A stretch of DNA of 64,000 nucleotides, taken from assembly GCA_028716945.1 (NCBI GenBank), contig JAQUOT010000001.1:187927-251926 (forward strand), given 5' to 3'. This document shows positions 9,179 to 18,048 of the stretch, one piece after another; within the stretch, counting starts at the first letter, position 1, and every line of letters begins with the position of its first letter. This stretch comes from Candidatus Nanoarchaeia archaeon. Its GTDB lineage: Archaea; Nanobdellota; Nanobdellia; SCGC-AAA011-G17; JAFCDX01. The position numbers were made by a program, and so were the translations under genes. Under the pieces are notes generated by a model. That model saw only the letters and a program-made list of their open reading frames with translations, was not told the origin of the DNA and did no database searches.

Positions 9179-10642
9179 TTAACAAACTAATTTGTAAACC
9201 TGTAAATTTTTTTCAAAGCAATCTGTATCAAACTTCTTACTATCTATATTGTATAATTTTTTAACCTTTTCTGATAAAAAGATATATTTTATGTTATTTT
9301 CTTTCATTTTTGAAATGGTTCTCTCTCCTGAATTTGAACTAAATAAAATTCCTGCGTCTAACATCCTCTTCTCCGGATTTGGTGCTAATAAGAAATTTGT
9401 ATCAAAAAAGTTTTTCTTGCCTGAAAAATAATTAATCAAATTTCCTTCATAAATAGTACCAATGACTATATCATTTTTATCCTGAGAATCTTGTTTTATC
9501 CATTGCAAAGATTCAATTTCTATATTACTAGGAACCTGGCTTGCAGTGTTTTTTGCCATGGTAAATGAAGGGTAAACTGAAAATAATACTAATAAAATTA
9601 CAAATATACTTAAAAGTAATTTATTCCAATGTGCTACTTTTGTTAATTTTAGATATTTAAAAAAATTATAGATGGTTAATGCAGACAAAATTGAAGCAGA
9701 TAATCCTATAAAAACTAAAGCTGTATAAAAATTAATCATTTTCAACGAGAGCAAAATTAGATTGGTTATTAATAATGAAGATATTAAAAATATTGCTTTC
9801 TTTTTGTATTTTGTAATTCCTTTATAAATAGTTATAAATCCAAATATTAAAGGAATGTAACCTAAATGATACATTATAGAAAGGATATTTATTTGTTTAA
9901 AAGAAGCCACAGATAATGAGCTAGGCAAATTGTTCCATAATACACTTATTCCATAACTTAACAAAGAATCTTTATAAATTAATAAATTTGTTAGTAAAGT
10001 AATAATTAAAAAAGATAATATCAAGATTATTTCATTTTTATTTAATTCAGAATCTTCTGCATAAGAAAAAACTAAATAAATTATAAAAAATAAAATTACT
10101 AGAATAGAGATTGGACTTAATAAAGCCAAAATGAGTGAGGATAATAAAAATAGAGAAAAGTATGTTTTTTTATCAAGGTTTAAAATACAATAAATCATAA
10201 AAAATATTAAAGGAAATGCAATGCAATACACAGAAACCTTGTTTAATGTTTCTCTAATTGCTAAAGGGACAAAACCCACCATGAATGCAGAAATTAATGC
10301 AGATCTTTCATCGTTTATTATTTGTTTTGATATTAAATAAGCAAGTATTACTAATAAAGACATAAAAAATTGTAAGATTATTTTATCTGCCCAAGGAATA
10401 AATGAAATCGCAGCTAAAAAATATGAAAATAGGGGTGAATTATTTACAGGCCTTCCTGAATAACTCAGTTCATCATAAATCATGGGTTTTAAATTTTCCT
10501 TGACATAATCTGCTTGTCTTAAATTGGCATAAGAAGTATCATCTGAAAATGAATTTTCTGGGGTGGATAAAGAAAAGTTCAATCTAAATAAAAATACAAC
10601 CAAAAACAAAACCAACAAAATTATTTTATATATTTTATTCAT
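9179..10642 (-). CDS. Multi-TM GT-C-like glycosyltransferase (ArnT/PMT/AglB-like architecture)
   Basis: 487 aa with about 11 predicted TM helices plus a C-terminal soluble domain, adjacent to the GT2. Homology is not verifiable here. Confidence 0.35.
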   Translation of the reverse strand: MNKIYKIILLVLFLVVFLFRLNFSLSTPENSFSDDTSYANLRQADYVKENLKPMIYDELSYSGRPVNNSPLFSYFLAAISFIPWADKIILQFFMSLLVILAYLISKQIINDERSALISAFMVGFVPLAIRETLNKVSVYCIAFPLIFFMIYCILNLDKKTYFSLFLLSSLILALLSPISILVILFFIIYLVFSYAEDSELNKNEIILILSFLIITLLTNLLIYKDSLLSYGISVLWNNLPSSLSVASFKQINILSIMYHLGYIPLIFGFITIYKGITKYKKKAIFLISSLLITNLILLSLKMINFYTALVFIGLSASILSALTIYNFFKYLKLTKVAHWNKLLLSIFVILLVLFSVYPSFTMAKNTASQVPSNIEIESLQWIKQDSQDKNDIVIGTIYEGNLINYFSGKKNFFDTNFLLAPNPEKRMLDAGILFSSNSGERTISKMKENNIKYIFLSEKVKKLYNIDSKKFDTDCFEKNLQVYKLVC

Positions 10643-11114
10643 TTTTTAATTTTAAATTATTATCTACTACATCAAAATAATCAAAGAACTTTTGAGTTAA
10701 TTTTAACATTCTTGTTCTTCCAGATTTTTCCGAAGTAACAAAACTACTTTCTTTTAAGAAATGAATATGATCATATGCTTTATTTCCTCTTATTTTTATG
10801 ATTTCTGCTTGTAAAACAGGTTGTTTGTATGCGATTACTGCCAAAGTTTCTTGTGTAGGAAAATCCAACTCAGAATCCGATAACAATTTTTCACTCAAAT
10901 ATAAATATTCTTTCTTTAAACAGAGCTTCCATTTATCTGCTTCATTTACTAATTCTAATGGTCCTTGTCTTTTAGAGTATTCATCTTTTAATTCAAGTAA
11001 TTTTTGAGCGATTAATCCTTGAGAACCTATGCTTGTTAAACTAGCTATTTCTGGTACAGATACAGGTCTTCCTAATATGAATAATACCGACTCTATTTTA
11101 TTCCTATTTTCCAT
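10635..11114 (-). CDS. scpB: Segregation and condensation protein B (ScpB-like, tandem winged helix)
   Basis: N-terminal ...ESVLFILGRPVSVPEIASL... and second repeat ...TQETLAVIAYKQPVLQAEIIKIRG... match the ScpB pattern. Confidence 0.55.
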   Translation of the reverse strand: MENRNKIESVLFILGRPVSVPEIASLTSIGSQGLIAQKLLELKDEYSKRQGPLELVNEADKWKLCLKKEYLYLSEKLLSDSELDFPTQETLAVIAYKQPVLQAEIIKIRGNKAYDHIHFLKESSFVTSEKSGRTRMLKLTQKFFDYFDVVDNNLKLKNE

Positions 11115-11216
11115 AGGTTTTTTATTAGAAATAAGTATAAAAAACTAACTATATTAGTTTTTATTTTTCGAAGAATATAATTTGCATTAGTTTAAGTATT
11201 ACTCAAGAAAAAGTTT

Positions 11217-11570
11217 TTAATTCAAATATATTGGTTTCTTATCTTTGTCTGGTGTACCTCTAGGATTTTTTGGAGGTTCTTGAGAATGACCAACATAAAA
11301 TCTTAATAGAACAGTTAATGCCAACAGTTCTTCCTGTTGTACATTCATATAATCACGAGGTTTATCTTTCACAGCCTCGAATAGATCATAAAAACAATAC
11401 CACATCTCATCCCATAAAACTCTTCCTCGTTCAACTGCTTCTTTCCAAGTTTGAGGATGTTCATTATACAACAATTCTCCTTTATGTCTAAGGTGGTTAT
11501 TCCAATCAAGTTCATAAACCTTTTTACTTAATGCTTCAATTCTACGTTCTAATTCAATTACTTGATTCAT
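11217..11570 (-). CDS. Hypothetical Trp-rich protein (orphan)
   Basis: 117-aa ORF flanked by two about 150-bp intergenic regions. Codon usage is noticeably less AT-biased than neighbours. Confidence 0.3.
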   Translation of the reverse strand: MNQVIELERRIEALSKKVYELDWNNHLRHKGELLYNEHPQTWKEAVERGRVLWDEMWYCFYDLFEAVKDKPRDYMNVQQEELLALTVLLRFYVGHSQEPPKNPRGTPDKDKKPIYLN

Positions 11571-11721
11571 AACTTATTAATATTTACGATTGTTTATAAA
11601 TCTTTCGATTTGTTATTACTATAAAGTTATTAATATAAATTAACATTCGTCTAAAATTAATTCTTTAATAAAAAGGTTACTTTGAGGTTATTATTATTTA
11701 TAAAAACATTAACTTTAAATA

Positions 11722-12090
11722 TTACTCTAACCCTTGGTATTCTAAAGATTGTTTTTCGCTTAAACAAGCACCATCAAAACATCCTTCTTCACAATAAACT
11801 ATCATTGTTTGGAAATTAAAAGAATTTGTCGAATCACAATTATACTCTTTTAATCTATTTGCATCTACGCAATAATCTGTTCTTTCACGCAGATTACAAT
11901 CGTCTCCTCTTACTGAAACAGTTCCTTTTAGATTAATACTTCCTTGGTCTGTATCTTTACAAGATTTATCACAACCAACAAGAACATTACTAGTTGTTGT
12001 AAATTGAGTTACTCCCAAAGTTAATAAAAGAATTACTGCTATAAGTAATAAAGCAGATAATAAAACTTCTTTATTAAATTTCTTTGCCAT
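11722..12090 (-). CDS. Small membrane-anchored 6-Cys protein, paralogue 1 of 5 (CxDTDxG ... TDYC ... EYxC ... CxxGCxDGAC)
   Basis: N-terminal hydrophobic anchor, then CKDTDQG...TDYC...KEYNC...CEEGCFDGAC. Confidence 0.55.
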   Translation of the reverse strand: MAKKFNKEVLLSALLLIAVILLLTLGVTQFTTTSNVLVGCDKSCKDTDQGSINLKGTVSVRGDDCNLRERTDYCVDANRLKEYNCDSTNSFNFQTMIVYCEEGCFDGACLSEKQSLEYQGLE

Positions 12091-12091
12091 T

Positions 12092-12487
12092 TTATTTTAT
12101 GCAAGCTCCATCTTTACAACCTTTTTCACAAATAACCAATTTATCATTATATTCACTATAAGTAAAATCTTGAGAGTTAGAACTTTCTGGATCTGATCCA
12201 CAGAAATATTCTTTTACGGCAGAATATTTATTTTCTTCATTTGGTCCAACCTGTACATAAGCACAATAATCGGTTTTTGCTTCAAAAGCATAGCGTCCTT
12301 TGCTTACCGCAGTTACTGTACCTTTAACAAATTGATTATATCCTCCATCTGTATCATTACAACTTCTTTTTAGAAGAACGTTTCCAGTTGTAAAATTTAT
12401 AAAGCTTAATATAAAAAATGCGCAAACAGATACTATTAAAATTAGAATAATATAATCCCTAACATCCACTTCTTTTTTCTTTTTCAT
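12092..12487 (-). CDS. Small membrane-anchored 6-Cys protein, paralogue 2
   Basis: CNDTDGG...KTDYC...KEYFC...CEKGCKDGAC. Starts 1 nt after paralogue 1 ends. Confidence 0.55.
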   Translation of the reverse strand: MKKKKEVDVRDYIILILIVSVCAFFILSFINFTTGNVLLKRSCNDTDGGYNQFVKGTVTAVSKGRYAFEAKTDYCAYVQVGPNEENKYSAVKEYFCGSDPESSNSQDFTYSEYNDKLVICEKGCKDGACIK

Positions 12488-12561
12488 ATCTTATTTATAC
12501 ATTTAATTATTTATAAAGATTTCTATATAAATTAAAAAAATAAAAAATAAAAAATTTTAAT

Positions 12562-12891
12562 TTATTGTAAGCATGCTCCGTTTTGACAGCCATTTGCACA
12601 ATAAACTGAAGGATCTCTGTTATATCCGCTTGCATCTGCCACATTACAATTAAATTCTACTAATGTCTTTCCTGTTGAATCATCCATAGAACAATAATCT
12701 GTTTGTGGGTCAAAAGCAGTTCCTCCAGAATCAGTACCTGTTACAGTACCTTGCATGTAAATACTTCCACCATCAGTATCTTGACAAGAAACTTTTATAA
12801 CTTTTCCTGTTGTTAAAATACCTGATGCTAAAAGCACTGCTAAAACGAGCAAAACTACTAATCCGATTATAGTTTTGTCTTTTGTATCCAT
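12562..12891 (-). CDS. Small membrane-anchored 6-Cys protein, paralogue 3
   Basis: CQDTDGG...QTDYC...VEFNC...CANGCQNGAC. Confidence 0.55.
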   Translation of the reverse strand: MDTKDKTIIGLVVLLVLAVLLASGILTTGKVIKVSCQDTDGGSIYMQGTVTGTDSGGTAFDPQTDYCSMDDSTGKTLVEFNCNVADASGYNRDPSVYCANGCQNGACLQ

Positions 12892-12931
12892 AATTTAATT
12901 AAGAACAATCTATATTTAAATGTTTCTAAAC

Positions 12932-13267
12932 TTATTCTATGCAAGCGCCGTCTTTACAACCCTTTTCACAAACAACTAATTCAGATTCCCAATTATTTGG
13001 AGTAAGCAAATTACAGTTATATTCTTTTAATTCCTTTGTATTTTCTAAAGAACAATAGTCTGTTTCTTCAAATTGGGCATTGTAATCAGTATATCCTGTT
13101 ACTATTCCTTTTACATAAATACTTCCACTATCTGTATCTTCACAATGTGCTTTAAAACTAAATCCAGTAACTTTCTCAAAAAATCCTGTTGCAAAAAATA
13201 ATAAATATAAAGACAGTATTACAAAAATTACCAATAATTTTCTTGAAAAACCTTCAAATAATTTCAT
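12932..13267 (-). CDS. Small membrane-anchored 6-Cys protein, paralogue 4
   Basis: ORF track 12932..13309. Start moved to MKLFEGF (ATG 13265-13267) to remove the overlap with paralogue 5. CEDTDSG...ETDYC...KEYNC...CEKGCKDGAC. Confidence 0.5.
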   Translation of the reverse strand: MKLFEGFSRKLLVIFVILSLYLLFFATGFFEKVTGFSFKAHCEDTDSGSIYVKGIVTGYTDYNAQFEETDYCSLENTKELKEYNCNLLTPNNWESELVVCEKGCKDGACIE

Positions 13268-13281
13268 TTTGAAATAAAAAA

Positions 13282-13650
13282 TTATCTCTCGCAAGCCCCG
13301 TTCTTGCAACCATATTCACAAACAATAAATTTATAGGAATATGCGTTTTTGTCTGTTTCTTCTGGGTCAATATCATGCAAACAATAATATTCTTTTAAAA
13401 CATCGGTTTTTTCAGGATTATCTTCATAATATACACAATAGTCTACTTCATTAATCTGTATTTGAGAAGGATATTGGTGTCCTGAAAGCTTTCCTCTAGC
13501 AAATTCATTATCTCCACTATCAGTATCATAACAATAGCCTGCACGCATACTTTGCCCAGTAGTATAATTTATAGTATTATTTAGCACAATTAAAACTGCT
13601 AAAACAACTAAGATTGCAGAACCTATCACCACTTTATCTCTATTATCCAT
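13282..13650 (-). CDS. Small membrane-anchored 6-Cys protein, paralogue 5
   Basis: CYDTDSG...VDYC...KEYYC...CEYGCKNGAC. Confidence 0.55.
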   Translation of the reverse strand: MDNRDKVVIGSAILVVLAVLIVLNNTINYTTGQSMRAGYCYDTDSGDNEFARGKLSGHQYPSQIQINEVDYCVYYEDNPEKTDVLKEYYCLHDIDPEETDKNAYSYKFIVCEYGCKNGACER

Positions 13651-13690
13651 AATAAATATTAAATTTAATGAATATTTAAACTTTTTGTTT

Positions 13691-14782
13691 TTATTTAATA
13701 GGATATCTAAGTATAGCTGCTACTCCACCGATATCTTTTAGCTGTACCCCTTCTCTTGATTCTGTAGAAATCATTCTTACTTCGGTTTTGTATTTTTCTG
13801 CTTCTTCTTCAAGTTCTTCTATTTGTTTATCTGGAAGATTTTCAGATAATAATAAAACATCTACTGCACCCAAAGCCAAAGCTTTTTTGGTTTCAATTAA
13901 TCCATAAGTTGTTTTTTCTTCTTCCCTTGCTAATTTTTCGAAAAACTTTTGCATAATCTCTTTTTCTACAGTTATTTCTTCTTCTGCAAGAACTTCGTGA
14001 CTTCTTTCAACTAAATCATGTAATCCAGATTCTCCAGTATAAGATAAATCTTTTACAGCAATTATTTTTTTTCTTATTTCAGTTAATAAATAATTTCCAT
14101 CTACAAATTCTTGTTTTGTAGTACCAGGTCCACCAATTAATACTCCTTTTAAATCTGGTTTATTAAAAAATTCTTTGTTTGCAAATTCTGCAACCCTTTT
14201 ATAAAATTCGTGAGCTGCTTCTTCTCTTAAACGAGCATATCTTTGTTGTGAGAATCCACCTGTTTTTACTTTTCCTGGAACACCCGAAGTCATTGTAACT
14301 AGATTCTTAATATTTGTTCCTCTCAATAATCCAACATTGGCCTCTCTTTTATCAAGAACAATTAAACCAAATGTTTCTTTGATATTAATCATGTCTATCA
14401 AAGGTTCTAGTAAAAAAGTTTGATCACATCTATATACTCGCATGTTAATCGGTTCAGGAGGTTCTATAGACCAAACTTTAATATCAACTTTATTTTCTTT
14501 TTCAGAAGCATTTCCTGCAAAAACAGCCAATCCGTTCTCTGGAGTTCTTTTGTATAATCTTAAATGTTGTATCATCCTTTCAATAGAATCTATGACATGC
14601 ATTCTTGTTGTTTTATCTTTAATATTAGAAGCAGTTCCTTGTTCTTGAAATAAGTGATTCATAATTTTAACTAATTCATAACCTGCTGGAACATAAACAG
14701 AAACTAACTCAGTATGTCTTCCTCTAATTCCTTCTAATTCTTTTAATGTTTTCTTTAAAATATATCTTTCTTTTATATTCAT
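13691..14782 (-). CDS. prf1: Peptide chain release factor aRF1 homologue, with GGF in place of GGQ and NIKD in place of NIKS
   Basis: N-domain ...GTASNIKDKTTR...LYKRTPENGLAVFAG aligns to eRF1/aRF1 GTASNIKSRVNR...NGL.V. Middle domain KVKTGGFSQQRYARLREE aligns to HGRGGQSALRFARLR. Phe codon TTC at 14252-14254. Confidence 0.75.
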   Translation of the reverse strand: MNIKERYILKKTLKELEGIRGRHTELVSVYVPAGYELVKIMNHLFQEQGTASNIKDKTTRMHVIDSIERMIQHLRLYKRTPENGLAVFAGNASEKENKVDIKVWSIEPPEPINMRVYRCDQTFLLEPLIDMINIKETFGLIVLDKREANVGLLRGTNIKNLVTMTSGVPGKVKTGGFSQQRYARLREEAAHEFYKRVAEFANKEFFNKPDLKGVLIGGPGTTKQEFVDGNYLLTEIRKKIIAVKDLSYTGESGLHDLVERSHEVLAEEEITVEKEIMQKFFEKLAREEEKTTYGLIETKKALALGAVDVLLLSENLPDKQIEELEEEAEKYKTEVRMISTESREGVQLKDIGGVAAILRYPIK

Positions 14783-14783
14783 T

Positions 14784-17144
14784 TTAAAATTCTATTTTTA
14801 AGTTATCTCCAAATTTAATCTCTTTTGCATTTGTAACAGCTTTCAAATCATCAAAAAATTCTTTTATAATCTTTTCATTCTTTTTTTCTATAGTAATAAT
14901 AACAGGTTCTTTCATTGATTTGTTATTTTTAGTTTTGAATTGTCTTACTTCATTAATTATATCTAAAACTAAATCTCCATCTTTTTCTAAATCTGTGTCT
15001 TTTAACTTTTTATCATACTCTGGCCAAGAAGTTAAATGTATGCTTTCTTTTTTCTTTAAAGTTTCTTGATAAATTTCTTCTGTTATAAAAGGAGTAATTG
15101 GGCCTAACATTTTTAATAAACAGATTAAAGTCTTATGTAAAGTATATTGTGCAGACATTCTAGAATCTTTTCCTCTTTTATCTGGATTATATAATCTATC
15201 TTTAACAATTTCTAAATAATTATCACAAAATATATGCCAAAAGAAATTTTCTATTTTTTGTTTTGGTTTTGAATAAGAATAATTTTCAAAATCTTCTGTG
15301 CATTCTTTTACTAAATTATTTAGTTTTATCAATAACCATTCATCAAATTTCTCTAGTTTTTTATTTTCTTTTTCTTTGTAATCTTGTAAGTGCATTGCAA
15401 CGAATTTGGAAGCATTCCATAATTTTGTTATTAATTTTTGTCCTGTAACTAAATCTTTTTCCTGATAATCTAAATCCTCTCCCAATTTTGAACCTGCTGC
15501 CCAAAACCTCATAGCATCTGTACCAAATTTATCTAAAACTTGTTTAGGATCAATAACATTTCCTAAAGATTTAGACATTTTTTCTCCACCAATTGTAACA
15601 TAACCAGAAATTGTAATATCTTTCCAAGGAATCTCTTTTTCGTGTAAATAAGATTTAGTTATGGTATAAAATGCCCAAGTTCTTATAATATCATGTGCTT
15701 GTGGTCTAAGAGAAAATGGAATTTTTATTTTTCCATTTACTAGAGAAGAAGCAATTTGTGGTGTTAAAGAAGAAGTTGCCCAAGTATCCAAAACTTTTTC
15801 TTCTCCGTTTGCATCTTGTTTACATTTAGGACATTTCTTTTTTGTTTGTAAAGGATCTATAGGTAATTCTTTTTCTTCAGGCAAGATTATTTCTCCACAT
15901 TTTTTACATTCCCAAACCGGAATAGGAATACCAAAGTGCCTGTCTCTTGAAATAGACCAATCCCATTCTAACCCATTTACCCAATTTTCATATCTTTTAA
16001 ACATGAATTCAGGATACCATCTAACTTTCTTCCCTTGTTCAATTAATTTTTTCTTTTTATCTAATATTTTAATAAACCATTGTTTTGTTGGAAGAAGTTC
16101 TATTTCAGTTCCACATCTGTCGTGTACGTTAACTATATGACTTATTGGTTTTTGTTCAGTAATTAAATCTACATTTTTTAAATCTTCAAGAATTTGCTTT
16201 CTTGCTTCTTTTATTTTAAGCCCTTTATATTTTCCAAAGTTTAAAGTTCCATCTTGATTAAAAACTATTTTTGGAGTAAGTTTATGTTTTGTTATTGCTT
16301 GTGCATCATATTTATCTCCATAAGAACATATCATTAATACTCCTGTTCCTTTTCCTATATCTGCAGATTCGTCAGCAATTATAGGAACTTCGAAATTAAA
16401 TAAAGGAACTTTTGCTTTTTTACCAACTAAATTTTTATAACGTTCATCAGAAGGATTTACAAATACAGCAACACATGCGGGCAATAATTCTGGCCTTGTT
16501 GTTGCTATTAACAAATCTTTTCCATTTGCTTTAAATTTCAAAGTAGAAAATAAACTTTCTAAATTTTTGTCTTCTAATTCTGCTTGTGCAACAGTAGTTC
16601 TACAATCTGTACACCATAAAGTTGGAAAGTCTTTAACATAAATATCTCCTTGTTTAAACAAATCAATAAAAGATTTTTGAGAAACTTTTTGAGTTGGTTT
16701 ATCTATAGTAGAATAATATATATTAAAATCTGCACTCATTGCTATATCTTTCCAATCTTGTATAAACCCAGGAGTTTGTTCTTTTAAAGTTTTTAAACAT
16801 AATTCAATAAATGCTGCCCTAGATATAGATTTACTTTTAATATTATTTGTTTTTTCTACAAATCTTTCTGTAGGTAACCCATTATCATCTGTTCCGAAAG
16901 GATAAAATACATTTTTTCCAGACATTCTTTGGTATCTTGCTATAAAATCTTGTTGTGAATATGAAAAAGCATGACCAATGTGCATTTTACCAGAAATATA
17001 AGGAGGAGGCGTATCTATAGAATAAACTGGTTTCTTTGAATTTATATCAAACTTGTAAATCTTATTCTTTTCCCAGTATTCCTTCCACTTCTTCTCTGAT
17101 GCTTTAAAATCATAATTCTGACTTGTCATATTAATTATCTCCAA
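14784..17144 (-). CDS. valS: Valyl-tRNA synthetase (archaeal type)
   Basis: PPPYISGKMHIGHAFSYSQQDFIARYQRMSGKNVFYPFGTDDNGLPTE (HIGH region as in archaeal ValRS) and KMSKSLGNVIDP. Confidence 0.75.
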   Translation of the reverse strand: MEIINMTSQNYDFKASEKKWKEYWEKNKIYKFDINSKKPVYSIDTPPPYISGKMHIGHAFSYSQQDFIARYQRMSGKNVFYPFGTDDNGLPTERFVEKTNNIKSKSISRAAFIELCLKTLKEQTPGFIQDWKDIAMSADFNIYYSTIDKPTQKVSQKSFIDLFKQGDIYVKDFPTLWCTDCRTTVAQAELEDKNLESLFSTLKFKANGKDLLIATTRPELLPACVAVFVNPSDERYKNLVGKKAKVPLFNFEVPIIADESADIGKGTGVLMICSYGDKYDAQAITKHKLTPKIVFNQDGTLNFGKYKGLKIKEARKQILEDLKNVDLITEQKPISHIVNVHDRCGTEIELLPTKQWFIKILDKKKKLIEQGKKVRWYPEFMFKRYENWVNGLEWDWSISRDRHFGIPIPVWECKKCGEIILPEEKELPIDPLQTKKKCPKCKQDANGEEKVLDTWATSSLTPQIASSLVNGKIKIPFSLRPQAHDIIRTWAFYTITKSYLHEKEIPWKDITISGYVTIGGEKMSKSLGNVIDPKQVLDKFGTDAMRFWAAGSKLGEDLDYQEKDLVTGQKLITKLWNASKFVAMHLQDYKEKENKKLEKFDEWLLIKLNNLVKECTEDFENYSYSKPKQKIENFFWHIFCDNYLEIVKDRLYNPDKRGKDSRMSAQYTLHKTLICLLKMLGPITPFITEEIYQETLKKKESIHLTSWPEYDKKLKDTDLEKDGDLVLDIINEVRQFKTKNNKSMKEPVIITIEKKNEKIIKEFFDDLKAVTNAKEIKFGDNLKIEF

Positions 17145-17188
17145 TTAGAAATATTTAAATATATTGTATTTAATTTTAAAGGTAGAAT

Positions 17189-17338
17189 GGAGCGGTAGCT
17201 CAGAAAGGTTTTGAAGTTTAAGACCTTGAGCAACCTGGGAGAGCATAGAAATATCTCAAACCACGCTGAAGCCGTGGATGAAAGGTTATACGTCTAGTAT
17301 ACCTTGCCAAATCGGGGGTTCAAATCCCCCTCGCTCCA
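17189..17338 (+). tRNA. tRNA-Phe (anticodon GAA) with three insertions: D-loop about 27 nt, 16 nt at position 26/27, about 31 nt in the variable region
   Basis: Manual fold: acceptor GGAGCGG/TCGCTCC (G-U at pair 7), D-stem GCTC/GAGC, anticodon arm CCACG-CTGAAGC-CGTGG, T-arm GGGGG-TTCAAAT-CCCCC, discriminator A. The variable-region insert forms a hairpin TATAC-gtcta-GTATA. Confidence 0.5.
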
Positions 17339-18026
17339 TTTTCTTTATATTTTTAATATTAGAACTTCTTATTAATTTAATAAAAGAGGAGGCATTATTA
17401 TAACCGCTTATTTGTATTTTATATTTTTCATACCTTTTATTAGTTCTTTTATCTATATAATTTTCATGTCCTACATAATGATCTATCTTTTGAATTTTAA
17501 TCCAATCAGATATTTTGTATATTAAATTTTTATCTTTTAGACCAAGATTAATAACTGGATAAAATTTATATTTTCCGTGATTCTTTTTTAAACACAAAGA
17601 ACCATCTGTATCAAAAATTCCTTTAATGAATGCTTTAGCATAAATTTTATTATCCCATATCCATCGAGGAACCTTATTTCTATAATTTATTTTTTTATAA
17701 CCTATAATATTAAGAAAAGATAATATCCCTTTAGATCTCTTTGTTAAGATTAAAGTATTAATCTTTTTCTTTTGATATAAATTCATCTTTACATTGAATA
17801 AAAACAAAACTTTATCTTTAATATAGTTTGAATAATTCCTCTCATCTTTGAGATTACTAAAAATAGAAAAAATATAATCATTGCTTCCTAAATTATAATA
17901 AACATGGCCATCTCCAGACAAAATACCTAAAAATTCTGACAAGTCTCTAGAAGAGGATTTAGGAAAAATAATTTTATTCTTAATATCTTGGTGACTTAGT
18001 TGAATATCTGATAAATCAAATTTCAT
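17286..18026 (-). CDS. LAGLIDADG-family homing-endonuclease-like protein, copy 1
   Basis: Motifs LGILSGDGHV and KGIFDTDGSL (two LAGLIDADG-type helices, so a single-chain enzyme). Start set at MKFDLSDI (ATG 18024-18026) because upstream sequence is conserved non-coding in copy 2. The last about 17 codons are antisense to the tRNA-Phe 3' half. Confidence 0.55.
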   Translation of the reverse strand: MKFDLSDIQLSHQDIKNKIIFPKSSSRDLSEFLGILSGDGHVYYNLGSNDYIFSIFSNLKDERNYSNYIKDKVLFLFNVKMNLYQKKKINTLILTKRSKGILSFLNIIGYKKINYRNKVPRWIWDNKIYAKAFIKGIFDTDGSLCLKKNHGKYKFYPVINLGLKDKNLIYKISDWIKIQKIDHYVGHENYIDKRTNKRYEKYKIQISGYNNASSFIKLIRSSNIKNIKKMERGGFEPPIWQGILDV

Positions 18027-18048
18027 GATTAATAAAAAGCGAATTTGA

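Noticed and set aside
12932-13309. ORF-track boundaries making paralogues 4 and 5 overlap by 28 bp
   Set aside because: The overlap disappears when paralogue 4 starts at the internal Met (MKLFEGF, ATG 13265-13267) that precedes its hydrophobic anchor. The upstream part is an in-frame read-through of the spacer.
13691-14782. Alternative call of the aRF1-like gene as Pelota/Dom34
   Set aside because: The N-domain carries the aRF1/eRF1-specific TASNIK motif and the GG-x-S...RxARLR block aligns to the GGQ loop of release factors. Pelota lacks both, so I kept it as a GGF-variant aRF1.
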